A stretch of 64,000 bases of DNA from Vicugna vicugna (Eukaryota), in assembly GCA_013265495.1 (NCBI GenBank), contig MU058584.1:1028616-1092615 (forward strand), read 5' to 3'. Under the pieces are notes generated by a model that saw only the letters and a program-made list of their open reading frames with translations, was not told the DNA's origin and made no database searches. This document shows positions 26,240-39,939 of the stretch, in pieces; position 1 is the first letter of the stretch; every line of letters starts with the position of its first letter. Made by a program: the position numbers and the translations under genes.

Positions 26240-28820
26240 CTAGTAATAGCACATAAGATTAAGGTAACAGGATAAAATCAGAGAGCAGAAACTATGATCG
26301 GTAACTACACCTTAATTGAAATTCAAACCTTTTTTAAAGATTTTATGCAGCAGGAAAGAAAGAGGGGAACTAATTGGCTATGGCCTGGGTTTTGTCTGTT
26401 TGTCTGTAATGGGCTCTGAACTGTCATTCACAGCTGCCAAAATGCAGCAACTGGCCAGGATCTCTAAACACCCTGAATTATATAACAACAACAACAACAA
26501 CAAATCCACCCAGGCTATATGCCCACTGCCTTCGAGACACCAGAGATCCTTAGCCCCCTCTGCTCTCCCCACAACAGGACAGAACTAAGCTGCCGCCCTC
26601 ACTAGGCCTGCCTGCTGCAGAGGGAAAAGCTGGGGGGGTTGTCAAGGCCTGTGGAGAGGAGGAGGAGGGAACAGGAAGGCAAAGGCCCCGAGAGCCACTG
26701 ATGTCTGTGGAGGGTCCTCCCTCTCCTCATCTGGATGCTTGTTGCTTGGAGTGAGCCCGTCCGTCCATCACCATAATCGCTGCGAGGGCTCACAGTAAGT
26801 GGAAAACAACGATAAAGCCCATCGCCTGGTGCACAGGATTGATATGGACCAATCGGGTTCAATTTGGTCTATCATTTCCATGACCATAGTGGCCCAAATG
26901 GTCCCCTGTTCATTTCCAAGCCTGAAAAGGCCCCATCTGGCCTTGAGTCCAGAGACCTGTTTTTACAGGGCACTCCTTTAATCACAGGGCAGCCCTACTA
27001 TCTTTTACTGGGACTGACAAAGCCATTCAAAAGGCACAAAAACGCCTATGAGAAAACTCACATTTTTCCTTCTCGGTTCCTTGAAAATGTAAGTCTTACC
27101 ATGTTGTTGAAATGAAAACACCCCAGGAGATAAACAAAGTTCTCCTGAAATTGAAGGGGGGCGGGGGAGGAGAGGGAAAGTGGCCTTTTTAAATACAAAC
27201 TGCTAAAAGGAATCTCTCACCCAGATTCTAAATCACAGTCTCCTTAAGATTGCTGGTCAAAAACAAATAGAAAGCTTCAAAGCCTTCTCCAGTAACAGGA
27301 CACAACTGGAAACATCGATTATATTCCCAAGACTTTGCCTGGAATGTCATGTTTGAGGGAGACATACATAGGCTAAGAGATGACCAGACAGGTTTTGAGA
27401 ACTAAGTATAACTTTATGGAGCCGTAAAGCGCCTTGGAAAATCAGCCTGGTACCTTGCTTACAGGCTTCCGAGCAGACTTACCAGGTTAAGTAGGAAGGT
27501 CACGTCTTGGCAGGTGCAAGAATCCCAGGATACTTGTGGGACCTTGAGAAGAAGAATTCACCCCAATCTATAGGCATTGCAGGTGAGACTGATGGCAAGT
27601 CCTTGACTTGGTTTTCCAGCCTCAAGAGGCATTTAAAAAACCTTATGAAAAATTCCAACAAAGCAGATTTTAAAGAGCCTATGTGGTCAAAAACTATTCC
27701 TGCTGCACTGATGTAAATAAACAGGCCAGGTTTGTTGAAACTAAACTGATTTCACAAATGAAGTAGTCCTACTATGGCTATCTTTGATAGAAATGATTTT
27801 AGAGAGAAAAGTTATGTTGCGGTAGAAACTACAAGACACACTTGTGGATGTCAGATTGCAGTTCTCTTCGTTGCTGTGAGGGATTGCTGTCTACCTGTAA
27901 GTTGGACGGGCTCCTGAATTCTTCTGGTTTCCTTCAATATTTCACTACCACTCTCCAAACTAATGTTTCATTTTTTTTCTTCTACCCTTCTGACTTGGAA
28001 TTATTTAAAAAAAAAAACTAAAACTGCTTGTCCTCCAAAGCCATGCAAGCTCAGTTGAATAACTTGATATAAACTTCAGTGCCTTCTCCACAATAGCTTA
28101 TATGTGGACGATCTTCATGGCTGCTGCGGTGTGGGCCACTCAGAAAGATGACCAGAGACATTTAAACTGCAAACCAGGAAAATCTGTCAAACTATCACTG
28201 CCTGCCCTCACTCCATCTGAAAATTCTTAGGCCAGCCATCTAAAAATCTTGACTGGTTGCCTTCACTGCTCAGAAACTGAGATTATGGTATGCCCGACTT
28301 ACTTAACCATTCTTTTTTATTTTCTTTCCATAGAAATACCTCTTATTAAATAACCTGATGCAAACACTTCACTATATATGCTAACTTTGGGAGCCCACCT
28401 TCATCACGGCCTCCTGAAATGAGACACAATCTTAACTGAAATAACCTCTTCTGAACTAAGAGACTAGCTCAATGAGATATGGAGCCATCCACCGACTCAA
28501 CAGGTTCAAACCTGCTAATGTCAGGGGGCCCAAGATGCTAAAATATTCCACAATGTTGCTCAAATCTTTGAACAGATTCCTTGGCCCCTGAGATCACTGA
28601 CTTAGTTTGCATGGCTGAACACTTTCAGTTTTGGGACAATGGCTACAGACTGGCTTCCAGACTACTGCCTGTATAATTTTTATAGAATTTGCAACTATAA
28701 TCTATTTAGATGTGTACTTTCTGGGTTATAGCATGCTCTGTTCCTGGCTTTTAGCTTATCAGCTACCCAGGCATTATGTCCTCACCATTGCTTTTAATGC
28801 TTCAGCATCACAAGGTGGTT
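26240..28820. mobile_element. ERV1 non-autonomous internal sequence (MER4/MER34-int-like), decayed
   Basis: gaattcaccccaatctataggcattgcaggtgagactgatggcaagtccttg...aaattccaacaaagcagatttt...ctattcctgctgcactgatgtaaataa matches MER4-group internals (clearest at 27230-28500, plus strand). The left ~1 kb is less certain. Confidence 0.65.
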
Positions 28821-28863
28821 TGTAGTGTAAGCCCTGAGAGCTTGGGAGTTTTGTTTTGGCATG

Positions 28864-28897
28864 AGTATGTGTGTGTGTGTGTGTGAGTGTGTGTGTG
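28864..28897. repeat. (TG)n microsatellite
   Basis: gtgtgtgtgtgtgtgagtgtgtgtgtg. Confidence 0.9.
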
Positions 28898-29159
28898 ATA
28901 CAAGTGACTGATTGCACTTTAATTGCAAAGGCATTCATTTCAAAAAGAAATCCATTTCAAAGAAAGCTACCTCACATAAACACATTGACAACCACACCAC
29001 TAGATAAAGAGCCAGGCCATATTCCCTAACTGAGATTCCTTTTTTTTAGAGATCTTGATTGATTTCAAGAACTGACCATTTGAACTACTTGAGTTTTTTC
29101 TTTCTGAGCTTTAAAGCCTCACTTACATATTTTAAATTCCCATTCACCAATAAAGAATG

Positions 29160-29680
29160 AGCTGGATCATATTATAGTTCTAGTTTTAGTTTTTTGAAGA
29201 CCTTCCATACTGTTTTGAATAGTGGTCACACCAGTTTACAGTCACCAACAGTGTACTTGGGTTTACTTTTCTCCACATTCATGCCAACATTTGTTATTTG
29301 TAGACTTTTTGATGATAGCCATTGTGACACGTGTAAAGTGATATCTCATTGTGGCTTTGGTCTGCATTTATCTGATGATTAGTGATGCTGAGCATTTTTT
29401 CAGACGCCTGTCAGCTATCTGTATGTCTTCTTTAGAAAAAAAAAATGTCTATTTCAAGTCTTCTGCCCATTTTTTAGATTGGATTCTTTTTTTAATATTG
29501 AGTTGTATGAGCTATTTATATATTTTGCATACCAACCCCTTACCGGTCATATAATCTGCAAATATTTTCTCTCATTCAGTAAGTTGTCCTTTCATTTTGT
29601 CCATGATTTCTTTGCTGTGCAAAAGCTTTTAATTTTAATTAGGTCCCATTTGTTTATTTTTGCTTTTCTTTCCTTTGAAA
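29160..29680 (-). mobile_element. L1 ORF2 C-terminal fragment
   Basis: gctggatcatat...atatctcattgtggctttgg...tctgatgattagtgatgctgagcattttt...gctgtgcaaaagcttttaattttaattaggtcccatttg. Confidence 0.9.
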
Positions 29681-29812
29681 GAAGGAGCGCATTAGACATT
29701 TAATGCCATTAAATGTCAATAAGGAATCAAGGAATGTCATTAAGGACTTATCTTTTGATGTGTTATTGTGGTGATATAAAAAAAGAAGTCTTTATCTTTT
29801 AGAAATTCATAC

Positions 29813-30335
29813 TGTATTAATTAACTAGTGCTATATAACAAACTATCACACATTTAGAGGCTTAAAACAACACACAATTATGATCTCACAGTTTCTGTAG
29901 GTCAAATGTGAACACAGCTTAGCTGGGTCCCTGCAAGGCTGCAGTGTAGGTATCCACCAGGGCTGGGATCTCATTTCAGGCTCTCTTGGGGAAGGTTCCA
30001 TTTCCAAACTTACGTAATCATCAGAATTCAATTCCTGGCAAGCTACCAGACTGAGGGTCTTAAAGTCTTGCTGGCTGTCAGCTGGAGACCGCCTTTGGTT
30101 CCTTGCCAAAATGAGGAAGGCTCATGACAAAGCAGTTTGCATCTTCAAAACCAGCAAGGGAGAGAGTCGCCTAGAAAGATGGATGTTATAGTCTTACATC
30201 ATTTAACCACGTACAATCTGTCACTTTTGCCATGTTCTCTTGATTAGAAGTAAGTCACATGGCCTGTCTACACTCAAGGGAAGGGGATTACTTACACAAG
30301 AGTGTGGACACCAGGATATGGGAATCTGTTTCTGG
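29813..30335 (-). mobile_element. MLT1 (D/E-like) LTR nested in an old L1M 3' fragment (~29690-30510)
   Basis: tgtattaatt...ggcttaaaacaacacacaattatgatctcacagtttctgtaggtca...cacaagagtgtggacaccagga. Confidence 0.8.
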
Positions 30336-31924
30336 TAATAATCTTATGTCTTGGGATTTTCTTTCAAAATGACCCAGTTATCGTAGGAAGTGGGGGATAT
30401 TGACTAAATCAATTTAGCCATGATTGAAGCTAGGTGGTTGCTCCGTGACAGTTTGTTACTCTTTTCTTTTGCCTGTATTTGTTAATTTTCATAATAAAAT
30501 GCAAGATAATATCAAATAAATTATTTGGAAGAAGGAACTTAGAGGCAGGAAGGACTAGAAGAAATAGAAGCACCTCAGGAGTCCTTGGAGATACTGAGAA
30601 GGACTCTGAATTTCCTAATATACTTAAGATAGACATTCAAGCCATTTTAACTTACATGTTAAAAGACAAGCACTCGGAAAGCTGGAGAGCTTAGGGACAC
30701 TCAGGGGCTGACATTTAGGATTACAGGCTTAGAGAAATCTAAGAAAAATACCTGGCATTTGATAGGTGTTAATAGCTGGTCACACTTGTTACCAGATATT
30801 CTGCTGCCGAGTAGTGGGCATCTCTGTAAGGCCACACAGATCCTCTTGTTCTTGGAGACGTGTGCTTGTTCTTTTCCTTCTCTGTCTGTTAATTCTTACG
30901 TCGTATACATCATTTTTATATTCACCCAGAAGATCTACATGACATTAGACCTATTGTAAAAACTTAGTATTTATTGATTCCTCATAAAAACACCAGGAGT
31001 GTTGCTACTGCCCCATAAGTGCCCTATCTCTGACCCTTCTCACTAAGATGCAAAGTACCAGAGATGAAGGTCAGTGATAAACTCTGGCCCCCTGCACCGC
31101 CTTTTCAGCCTCTGGAAGAACAGCAGATGGGAATCCAGATGGCCAAGTTAGCCCACAATGCCTTCAGGAAAAAAAAAAAATATGCTTCAATTAGTGGCAA
31201 AAACCTGCCAGTAGAGGAGGTAATGTTATAGATATTCCTTAGAAGGCTGGAGTTAGGAGTAGGGAGGGAAAGGAATGAGACCTTGCTTCATCACAGAATC
31301 TCACACTGGCAAGAAGACAAACAAGAGTAATTAGAGGAAATGCATGCTGGAGAGCGGTGGCTGCCTCTTAACTTGCTGCACTTACCTCATTAGCAGGACA
31401 ATGGGAGAGAATACTCTGTCCCAGGATCTTGCACATCCTGGAATTGATGTGCTCCTGGAAATTAACTGGGGGCTGAGAAACTGATCCAAACACGGAGGAA
31501 TCAGATGCCTTCTGCATGTGACCAGAATCACTGATGTTTCCCCAGGTTGCTTCACCACTGAATGGTAAAACCAGAGAGTCAGATAATGGGAAACGAGCAG
31601 ACTGGATCCCCATAATGAGAAACAGAGTCGTTAAGAATCTGAGCCTGAGTGTTAAATCCCACTGAAATGTTCAGTTTGGGTTTTCAGACTGGTTGAGCCC
31701 ATGTGGATAAATGTAACAGAAAATAGTCTGCAATGACCTAGAAAGAATTATTTGATGATTTACTGCCTCTGCCAACTAAATGTTCAACCTGGGCGTAGTA
31801 GAGAATCTGATGAGGTTCCACAAAAATCCCCTCTGATAGTCCCATCCTTCACCACACACAGACACACACACAGAGGCACACTTTTAGGAGTGAAACAATG
31901 TGCCCAGCCAAAGTAATGGCTGTC

Positions 31925-32060
31925 ACTTATTGTATGCCTACTGTAGATCAAGATGTCACATGTTACTTCATTTCATCCCCAGATCGTACCGCAAAGTACT
32001 AACAAAATGATACATGATTTCCATTTTACACATGAAGAAACAGATTCGTAGATTTGAACA
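31925..32060 (-). mobile_element. MIR fragment
   Basis: cttattgtatgcctact...ccattttacacatgaagaaacaga. Confidence 0.6.
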
Positions 32061-33079
32061 ACAGTACTGAGAACAAAGACTTATTTTAAGAGTTTATCAG
32101 ATTTTTAACTGAAAGAAATTTATGAGAGAGATCACCTTGCTATTAAATTAAAGATGCTGGACTTAAATCCGGCTCTATCTTCCTGTGCTTATATTATTCG
32201 TTGCCGTTGTCTCTTGCTCCACCCTCTCAATGCTCAGAATGCCTGGGGGCTTAATCAGACAAGGGAAGGTGTCCCTAACGTCCTGAGTCATACCATAGAA
32301 ATATATGGGCATTCATGCGCCCAGCAAACCCAGCATGTTGCCAACTAGGGTGATGCTCTGAGCAGTGACTGCTGTAGGTAACTGGATTCAGAGAGGCAGT
32401 CAGCTGGGGAAAAGATGACTTAGTTAATTAGTTGATTTGTAGTATAACAGAACTGAATAATCTATGAACACCTTGTCCACCTCCTCTAGCAAAGGACGGC
32501 CCTTCTTCCACACCCACAGTTCTTGCTGCCCCTTCAGTGACAAGTGTTTTCCCTTGCTCTCCCTGATAGTAACTTAACCAGTCTACACCCTGGGACGGGT
32601 ATGAGTATGTGGAGGTGGAGAGTTACCTACAGTAAGCTCCGCTCAGGGATTCTCACATCCTGCGAAGTTCCTGGGCTTAAACCAGAGACGACTCATTCAA
32701 TGCTTACAGACCTTGAGGGGGTATGTTTTGGCCACACATCTCTTTTTGACTCTCATTGGGCCTCCTTCATTGGTCCTACTTTTATTCATTCAGAGCCTTG
32801 CTCTTTAAGCTGTTGGTAAACCGAGATTAGGGTAAGAGTTGATAAGACTTAAGTTTTCTGGAGGTTTGGTATAGAAAAACATGAGAACAAAAGGTCTTGG
32901 GACCCCAAGATAAAACTCCAGTGGTGAGCTAACAAGTATCAGGATAGCTACTTGGGGCAAGGGTTTTACCCAGCCCTCTTTTAAATCACACCACAAAGAT
33001 GTCGGTATAACTACAAAATCGTCCTCATGATTGAAAATAATCTTTCACATGGTCATTTCTCAAGCCCAGAGAAAGAAAA

Positions 33080-33235
33080 GCATTGATTATGCACTGAATT
33101 AGGAGTCAACACAGCTAGGTCTAGTCCAGACTCTACTTCTAACTAGCTATTTGTCTTAAGTACCGTGAATTAATTTCCATAAACCTTAGTTTCCTACTGT
33201 GTCCAGTGACTGTATTTCATACCTGCCTTTAAAGT
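33080..33235 (+). mobile_element. MIR fragment
   Basis: gcactgaattaggagtca...ggtctagtccagactctacttctaactagct...ccttagtttcct. Confidence 0.65.
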
Positions 33236-33244
33236 GGTTACGTT

Positions 33245-33470
33245 CTCAAACTGATGGTTACCAGCGGGGAGGGTGGGCAATGTAAGGGTAGAGGATTAAG
33301 AGCTACAAACTATTAGGTGTGAAATAAGCTACAGGGATATATTGTACAACATGGGGAATACACTCAGTCTTTATCATAACTACAAATGGAGTATAACCTT
33401 TAAAGATTGAGAATCACTATGATGTATACCTGTAACTTACATAATATTATACATCAACCATACTTCAATA
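33245..33470 (+). mobile_element. L1 3' end
   Basis: aaactgatggttaccagc...gatatattgtacaacatggggaata...atcactatgatgtatacctgtaact...catacttcaataa. Confidence 0.88.
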
Positions 33471-33604
33471 ACATACATGTATATTAACTTAAATATGTTA
33501 TATTTAAAATATAAATACATATTTATATACATAAAGAATGAATTGATGATTCTTTTTTATTTTGATTACATTTATTATGATCTCCTTTATGATGTCTTAA
33601 CCTT

Positions 33605-34093
33605 TTTTTACACCTTTATTACAGTATATTCCTGTACAGTAAACTACACATATTTCAGATGTACAATTGGATGAATTTTGGTGGATGTATACACTTGTGA
33701 AACTGCCACCATAATCAAGACAGCTAACATTTCCATCAGTCCCTAGGTGGTGCAAATTTTGAACTCTCAATTTATCCTTTCCCACCCCCTTGACCCTGTG
33801 GTAACTGTAAGTTTGTTCTCTATGGCTGTGAGTCTGTTTCTGTTTTGTAAGTTTCTTCATTTATGTCTCTTTTTTTTTTAAGATTCCACATATAAGTGAT
33901 ACCATGTGGTATTTTTCTTTCTGGCTTACTTCACTTAGAATTATGATCTCTAGGTCCATCTATGTTGCTGCAAATAGCATTATTTTATTCTATTTTATGG
34001 CTGAGTGGTATTCCATTGTATAAATATACTACACCTTTTTAATCTAGTCATCTGTCAGTGTACATTTAGGTTGCTTCCATGTCTTGGCCAATT
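33605..34093 (-). mobile_element. Two abutting antisense L1 3' fragments (old L1M ~33605-33745; younger L1 ~33750-34093)
   Basis: gatgtacaattggatgaattttg...ccaccataatcaagac, then gtaagtttgttctctatg...agattccacatataagtgatacc...ggttgcttccatgtcttggc. Confidence 0.85.
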
Positions 34094-35654
34094 ACTCAGT
34101 TTGTTCTCAAATCCTTATTGTCAGAGATAACTGACGGACATTGTGGAAACTGGTTCTGTCTTAAATCATAACTGATACTTTGAAGGCATCTCTTTTCTAC
34201 CACATCTCAGTTTCCCCACATGCAAGGTGTGTGTTGGGCTCTTTATCCCCCCTCTTTATCCCTGGACTGTTGGGAGTGGACCTGTGTGATGAAGGCCCAC
34301 AAATCACCCTGAGCTGCCTGGCAGCCCTATTAACAAGCAATCATGCAAGATTGACAGCCTCCCTTGTCCTAGGCGCCTGCATAAGTGGGTGAAGAGCCCC
34401 TGCCTGCATAACTCTCTGGCAGAACTGCCATTCCCCGAACACAGGGGAACATTTAATAGGAATCTAAATGTTGTTTGATAAAGACCAATTCACTTGCAGA
34501 TGATTTTGACTACACAAGATACCTCCCTATTGCATTAACAAGAGCATGCTCTGCTCCAGAAATCCTTTAATATCTACCTGAAGCCATCAGCTTTCAAATG
34601 CAAGCTTGGACCAGAGCTCTGGCAGGACTAATGGGAGAGACATGCTTTTGCATAAACAGGAGCTTATATTTGGAAGGAATACATTAACCTTTCCCAATGC
34701 AAATGACAAACACTCTCAACAATCTTGTGATAGTCTGAGCCCTTAAAGGGGCAAGGGACAGTAACTGCCCTCGAAGCATACTCTCCGCACTATAAGATGA
34801 CCTTAAGCCTGAAAAGGAAAAGTCCCAAATGCCATGTCACTGGGCCCATTTCACTTCCTCCTTTTCATTCCTGAAGAGCCCATCAGTTCACAGACCCCTA
34901 ACAAAACTTTTTGGAAATTTTTTGAATTCAAAGATAAGGATTTGCAAGCCCTAGTTTTAGAAGAATAAGAGAGCAACTAAACATGCTTGTTAATAAATAA
35001 AGAAGACCCATCTTCTCCGCAAACTTGTAATAAAATAGTTTCCAGGTGAATAAATATGTGTGGATAAAAGATTTAAGAAAATTAGCTCTTGATATGTTTG
35101 GTTGAATTACTATTAAGACTGAAATAATCTGATATGAGCATAATTCTAAATTCTGTGCCAATCAACTGCTTCCCGTCAGAGGCAAGGGGTGACGTTTGCA
35201 CTCATCCCCCCATTCTAGGAGGTCCACTCTGTTGACCTTCTCGCTTAAACTGGTTTTACAACATTGATTTTAGACACAGCTACATATGAAAGGTGACACA
35301 TCTCAAATTAGTTACCAAGGGAGCTTGCACGCCCACTTACGTGGTGCCACCACCGCTACAAATGCCCCAAGCCAATCAATATTGAGAGACTACTGGGAAC
35401 TTAACATTGGAGGGCTGGTGTGATGTCTGACTGCTGGGTTCTCCTTCACTTGGGAGAGGAAGGGACTATGTAAGGGTGTTGTGTTTACTTGGTTGGGATG
35501 AGGTGGGGATAAGGTTTCCAACCACTCTCTTCTGGGTAAAAAGCACAGAACAGAAATTGATGACTATCATATTCTGGACACTATTGAACAGAATATATAT
35601 GGAAACTGTAGGCTCAGATAAATTTTTATTATCATATGTGTCCATAGATTAGAC

Positions 35655-35840
35655 CAGGGTCTTTCAAAGTGTAGACCCCAGACCACAGCAGCAGCAGCAG
35701 CATTAGTTAGGATCTTATTAAATGCAAATTCACAGTCCCCACCTACTGAATCAGACACCCGCAGTGGTGCATACAGCCTGCTTTCTAACAAGCTCTCCAT
35801 GCAGTCCTCATGTTTGCTAAAGCCTGAGAACCACAGGCTT
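35655..35840. mobile_element. MER5A-like hAT-Charlie DNA transposon
   Basis: tcaaagtgtagaccccagacc...aaatgcaaattc...cctactgaatcaga...tctaacaagctctcca...tgagaaccac. Confidence 0.85.
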
Positions 35841-36379
35841 AGACCGTAGCAAGCCCGAGGCTCAGAGAGAAGACTCCTTACCTGGCAGAGACATTGGGAT
35901 TCCTAAGGAGTGACCAGCGTTTTAAATTACAATGTCCAAAGGGCTGCGTTAGTGACCTTTGGTCAAATTCAGAAGTGTGCTGGTACCTAATCAAATTGGT
36001 CCGAGAAGACGTGAGCTATGGAGTCTCATTACCTAGCTTCTGGTAGATGATGACATTTGGTTTTGATTGAGGCTCAAGGTGGGTTAATTCGTAGTCAGTG
36101 GCTACAGGAATTGGCAGCAGGGAAATCCACTGAAGGAAGGCTTGCAGGCCCAGACAGTAGGTTAGGGCTGAGATAACAGGACTGGTCAGGTGTCCAGCCC
36201 TCTAGAATTAAAGTGGGAAATAGCAACATAGAAGCTCAGTCAGGTAGACTCAGCTGTGTAGTAAAAGTTGCAGAGGCGTGGTTGTAAACGGATGTGCAGG
36301 AATCCAGAGACAAACCCTAGGACTCTCATGTGACACCAAGGCAGGGCTTTTTAGGTGAAACTCAGAGGGCATGCGGCAA

Positions 36380-36742
36380 ACTTTCTAGGCCAAAACTATC
36401 ATTTACTTATAATCCCAGTTGGTTGCAGAGGAACTCGACTCTACAAGTCAGTCTGGGACCCAGGCTAACAGAACGTCTTCCATCTTTAACATATGGCTTC
36501 CAGGGTTGACCTGGATACTGAGTACTGGGGAAGACAAATAGCCAGGGGATAGGGGAAATAAAACGTGCAGGGTGTCCCAGGAGAGTTTTGTGGCCTAGGC
36601 GAAATTTCACTGGCCAGAAATCAGTCATGTGGCCACATCTAAGTGCAGATAAGGCTGGGAGTTTGGGAAATAAAGTCTAGTTGTGTGTCCAGAAGGAAAG
36701 CGAATTGGGGCCAGTGCAGAGCTAGCCATTTTCTACCACACC
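36380..36742 (-). mobile_element. Old MLT1 (K/L-like) LTR
   Basis: cactggccagaaatcagtcatgtggccacatcta...ggctggga...ctagttgtgtgtccagaagg. Confidence 0.7.
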
Positions 36743-36799
36743 AGGGTTTCTACATTTCTCAGGACAATAGAATGAAGGGACTCTTGTAAGTTATCTTAT

Positions 36800-36955
36800 G
36801 CAGCGTTCCTACGATCATCAGAACCACCCAGGAGCCTTTTAGAAATACCAGTTGCTGGCTTAAACTCCATATCTCTGAGGCAGGAGCTGGACGTGTATAG
36901 TTTTAAGACGTTTCTTGGTTGATTCAGATGCTCAGTCAGTATGGGAACCACTATT
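36800..36955. mobile_element. MER5-like DNA transposon
   Basis: catcagaaccacccaggagccttttagaaatac...ggttgattcagatg...tgggaaccact. Confidence 0.7.
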
Positions 36956-37224
36956 CTAGCTTGACTGCTAAGCAAATGTGGCACAAAGTGGTGATGTGAC
37001 ATCCCAAAGCCTTATAGCCACGATGGAGCAGGAAGGGGATGGGAAGTCAGCCCTGTCTCCACGCCATGTCACCTCTGGTTTTTCTTAGGAAGACTTAACT
37101 GTAGTCCGCTTGCAAACTTCCAAAGTTACCACTCTGTGCTCCAAACACCTGAATTCTTACTCGTCTAGCTTTTCACACTGTCTCTCTTGTCCTCCTTCTC
37201 CCTCATCACAGAGGATCATGCCAC

Positions 37225-37400
37225 ACAGCCTGGGAGAGTGGAAATCAGGAAAATTGGATTTCGGCACTGGCTTCTTCTCTAACTAGCTGTAAGTTCCTTG
37301 GTAAAGATTTTGCAAGCCTCAGTTTCCTTAGTGCAAAATAGCATTATAATAACATCTGCTCCACTGAACTTATAGAATCAAATTAAATAAGTATAAAGTA
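37225..37400 (+). mobile_element. MIR SINE
   Basis: ctaactagctgtaagttccttggta...gcctcagtttccttagtgcaaaat. Confidence 0.7.
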
Positions 37401-37769
37401 AAAAATGAAGGTTTTTTACACTCAAGAGAATGACACAAATAAAAGAGCGATGCTAGGGGTGGTTAGTGTTATATCTGTGTTCTGCTTACATCAAGATCCA
37501 GAAAAATCCTTCATAGGAAATCAGCCTGCATCCTTTGTATAGGATCTATTATTTTAAAAGACTGTGCTAAAAACTAGGGATTCTGGGAATAAATGAGAGA
37601 TATGGCTCTTGCCTAGTAGAATTCCAGAATTAGTTAGTGAGATGCACTGTGAATACAGACAGTGCATCCTCCAAAGTCTCACATCGACACATAAATATTG
37701 AGCAGATGGTATGTTGAATGAGGTGTGACTCATTCTTGGAAAGATATAAAGAATTTCCTGTGATGTAAG

Positions 37770-37920
37770 CATCTCTGGGTCACGGATCTCCTTGAGAATC
37801 TGATGAAAGCTTGGGATTCTACCCCCATAAAGGGTACATATGTATGAAGACTCAAAATGTGTATAAAATACAATTTCTCTTGAAATCCATCTGTGGACAT
37901 TCAGATTAAAAGTTCTTAGT
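37770..37920. mobile_element. hAT-Charlie MITE (MER117-like)
   Basis: gggtcacggatctccttgagaatctgatgaaagct...ccatctgtggac...gattaaaag. Confidence 0.55.
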
Positions 37921-37999
37921 TTTGAAGAACGTAAGAGACAGCCATTAGCAAAAAGATGGGACCTGGGTGTTTCCGGAGGGCTTTGTGAGAACCCTGTGG

Positions 38000-38480
38000 T
38001 TGCTGGAGTCTTTGCTTCCTCGTCTCACTTTAACCAACAGAATATGTTGGAAGTAGTGCTGTGCCAGTCCAGGATCTAAGCCTTAAAAAAGGTGTGGTAT
38101 CTTTACTTTTGTGGTTTGGAGAGCTCTGAACCACCATGCAAAAAGTCTGCCTTGCCAGCCAGAAGTCTTGGAGAGGCCAGATGGAGAGAGAGAACAAGCA
38201 AGCGAGAGAGAGAGAAGGAGAAATGTACAGCCAGCTCCACAAACATCCCAGATCAGCCCAGATCACCATATCCCCTCGCCAAGGCATATACAATGACCCG
38301 TCTTGGATGTGCCCACCAGTCAAAATGCCAAATGTTTACAGCCCCAGCGAACCTGATGTGAAGCGCAAATGCCCAGTTGCAGACCCAGTGAACCCATAAA
38401 ATCATGAGATATAACACTATTCTTGTGTTAAGCCGCTAAGTTTGGGGATGATCTGTTATGGAGCGATAGATATCAGAAGC
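38000..38480 (+). mobile_element. MLT1 (H/F-like) LTR
   Basis: tttaaccaacagaatatgttggaagt...gtgccagtccagg...gttaagccgctaagtttggggatgatctgttatggagcgatagata. Confidence 0.8.
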
Positions 38481-39294
38481 CAACGGTTAGAACAAAAGTA
38501 GGAAACTGCGAATTAATAAACTGTATGCAGGGAATAGGGTGATGATTAACCAGCCTAGAAGAATCAACACAGAAATCTGTGTGAGAAATCGGGCAATAAA
38601 AATGAGGAAGCCAAGCTTATGGCAGGCTTTGAGAATTACAGGAAGTTACTATGTTCTCAGGAATCTCTTGTATCTAGAAACCTGGTACATGGCCCTTTCT
38701 GAGAGGCTCACCTTTGGGTGAGGCGGGGTCGGGGCGCTGGGGGAGGGACCAGAACAGTGACAGTCTGCGCTCACCCGTACCCAAATGATCTGCTCAGGAG
38801 CCGCAGGAGAGCAGCCCAGGCTCGCCGCAGCCCAGAAAGGGCTTTGCTCTGTGAGCCCCCAGAAGGCAGAAGCATCTGACGCCTCTTTATGTGTCTGTCA
38901 TTTTCACTTGTTTATTCATATTATTATCTGGGAAAAAGCCTTGCTTCCAGCTTTCAGAAAACGAGAGAAGAGTTCCTTTTTTGGAGTAATTCACAATGAC
39001 TTATCAATTGTCCCCTGTTGAGGGCCTTGAGAGAGGACAGAGGAAGGGCAAAGACTGAGAGGCAGCCTCTCCTTTCAGTTTTGAATGGAAATTTTACCGG
39101 CTGCTTTCACAGGCCAATGGAGCACTCTCGAAATTGGTGTTCAGACAGGCCAACTTGGGCACACCAGGGCCAGCAATCTGTGCAAATTCAAGGTTGGAAG
39201 GGACAATGCCTGGGATGGCATAAAACTGGGGACAAGGCCAAAAATTCTTAGATGACACTTCTAATGTCTTGCCCCAGCACAGCCTGAGAAGCTA

Positions 39295-39610
39295 TGTGGA
39301 GTAGTGGCAAATGTGTGACCCACAGAGATACTGGAGTTTTGCCCTGGTTCTGGTTCTGATCATCAGCAAGGCTTTGAGCAAGTCACTTCACTGCTCAGAC
39401 TTCTAGGTTTCTTATCTGTAAAGTTGAAAAGTTGGATCAGATCAGTGCTTCTCAAATTTCACTGTGCAAACAAATCACTTAGGGATGTTGTTAAAATGTC
39501 CATCCTGATTCAGTAATTGTGGGGTGGAGTCTGAGATTCCACATTTTCACCCTGCTCCCAGGTCATACCAATGCTGCTGGCGCATGGGCTACACTTTGAA
39601 TAGCAAGGGA
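39295..39610. mobile_element. MIR3 fragment (39295-39442) plus MER5A (39443-39610)
   Basis: ttgagcaagtcacttcac...tttcttatctgtaaa; then cagtgcttctcaaa...ctgattcagta...ggggtggagtctgagatt...cactttgaatagca. Confidence 0.8.
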
Positions 39611-39939
39611 GCAGTTGATCCTCCAAGGTTGCCTTTCAGGCTTGCGTTTCTGATTCTGCTGAATCTTTGAACCCTGTATCCGTTGGTACTCCCTTCTCCC
39701 ACTACCTCCTCTTAACTACAAGCATTTCATTGAGTAAAGATGACTGTCTGTAGAGTTTCTAGTATCTGTCATGTGTCTGTCAAGCATGTCATGCAAAACC
39801 AAGCCACACACTCTGACCACATGCAATTGTGTGACTCCTAGCCTGACCCAGACCCTGAGATTTGCGTCTGGTGAGAGGAGTGATGTTTGGATCCTCTGCC
39901 AGGCCACCCAATCACACAGGACCGCAAAAAGAATTCAGA

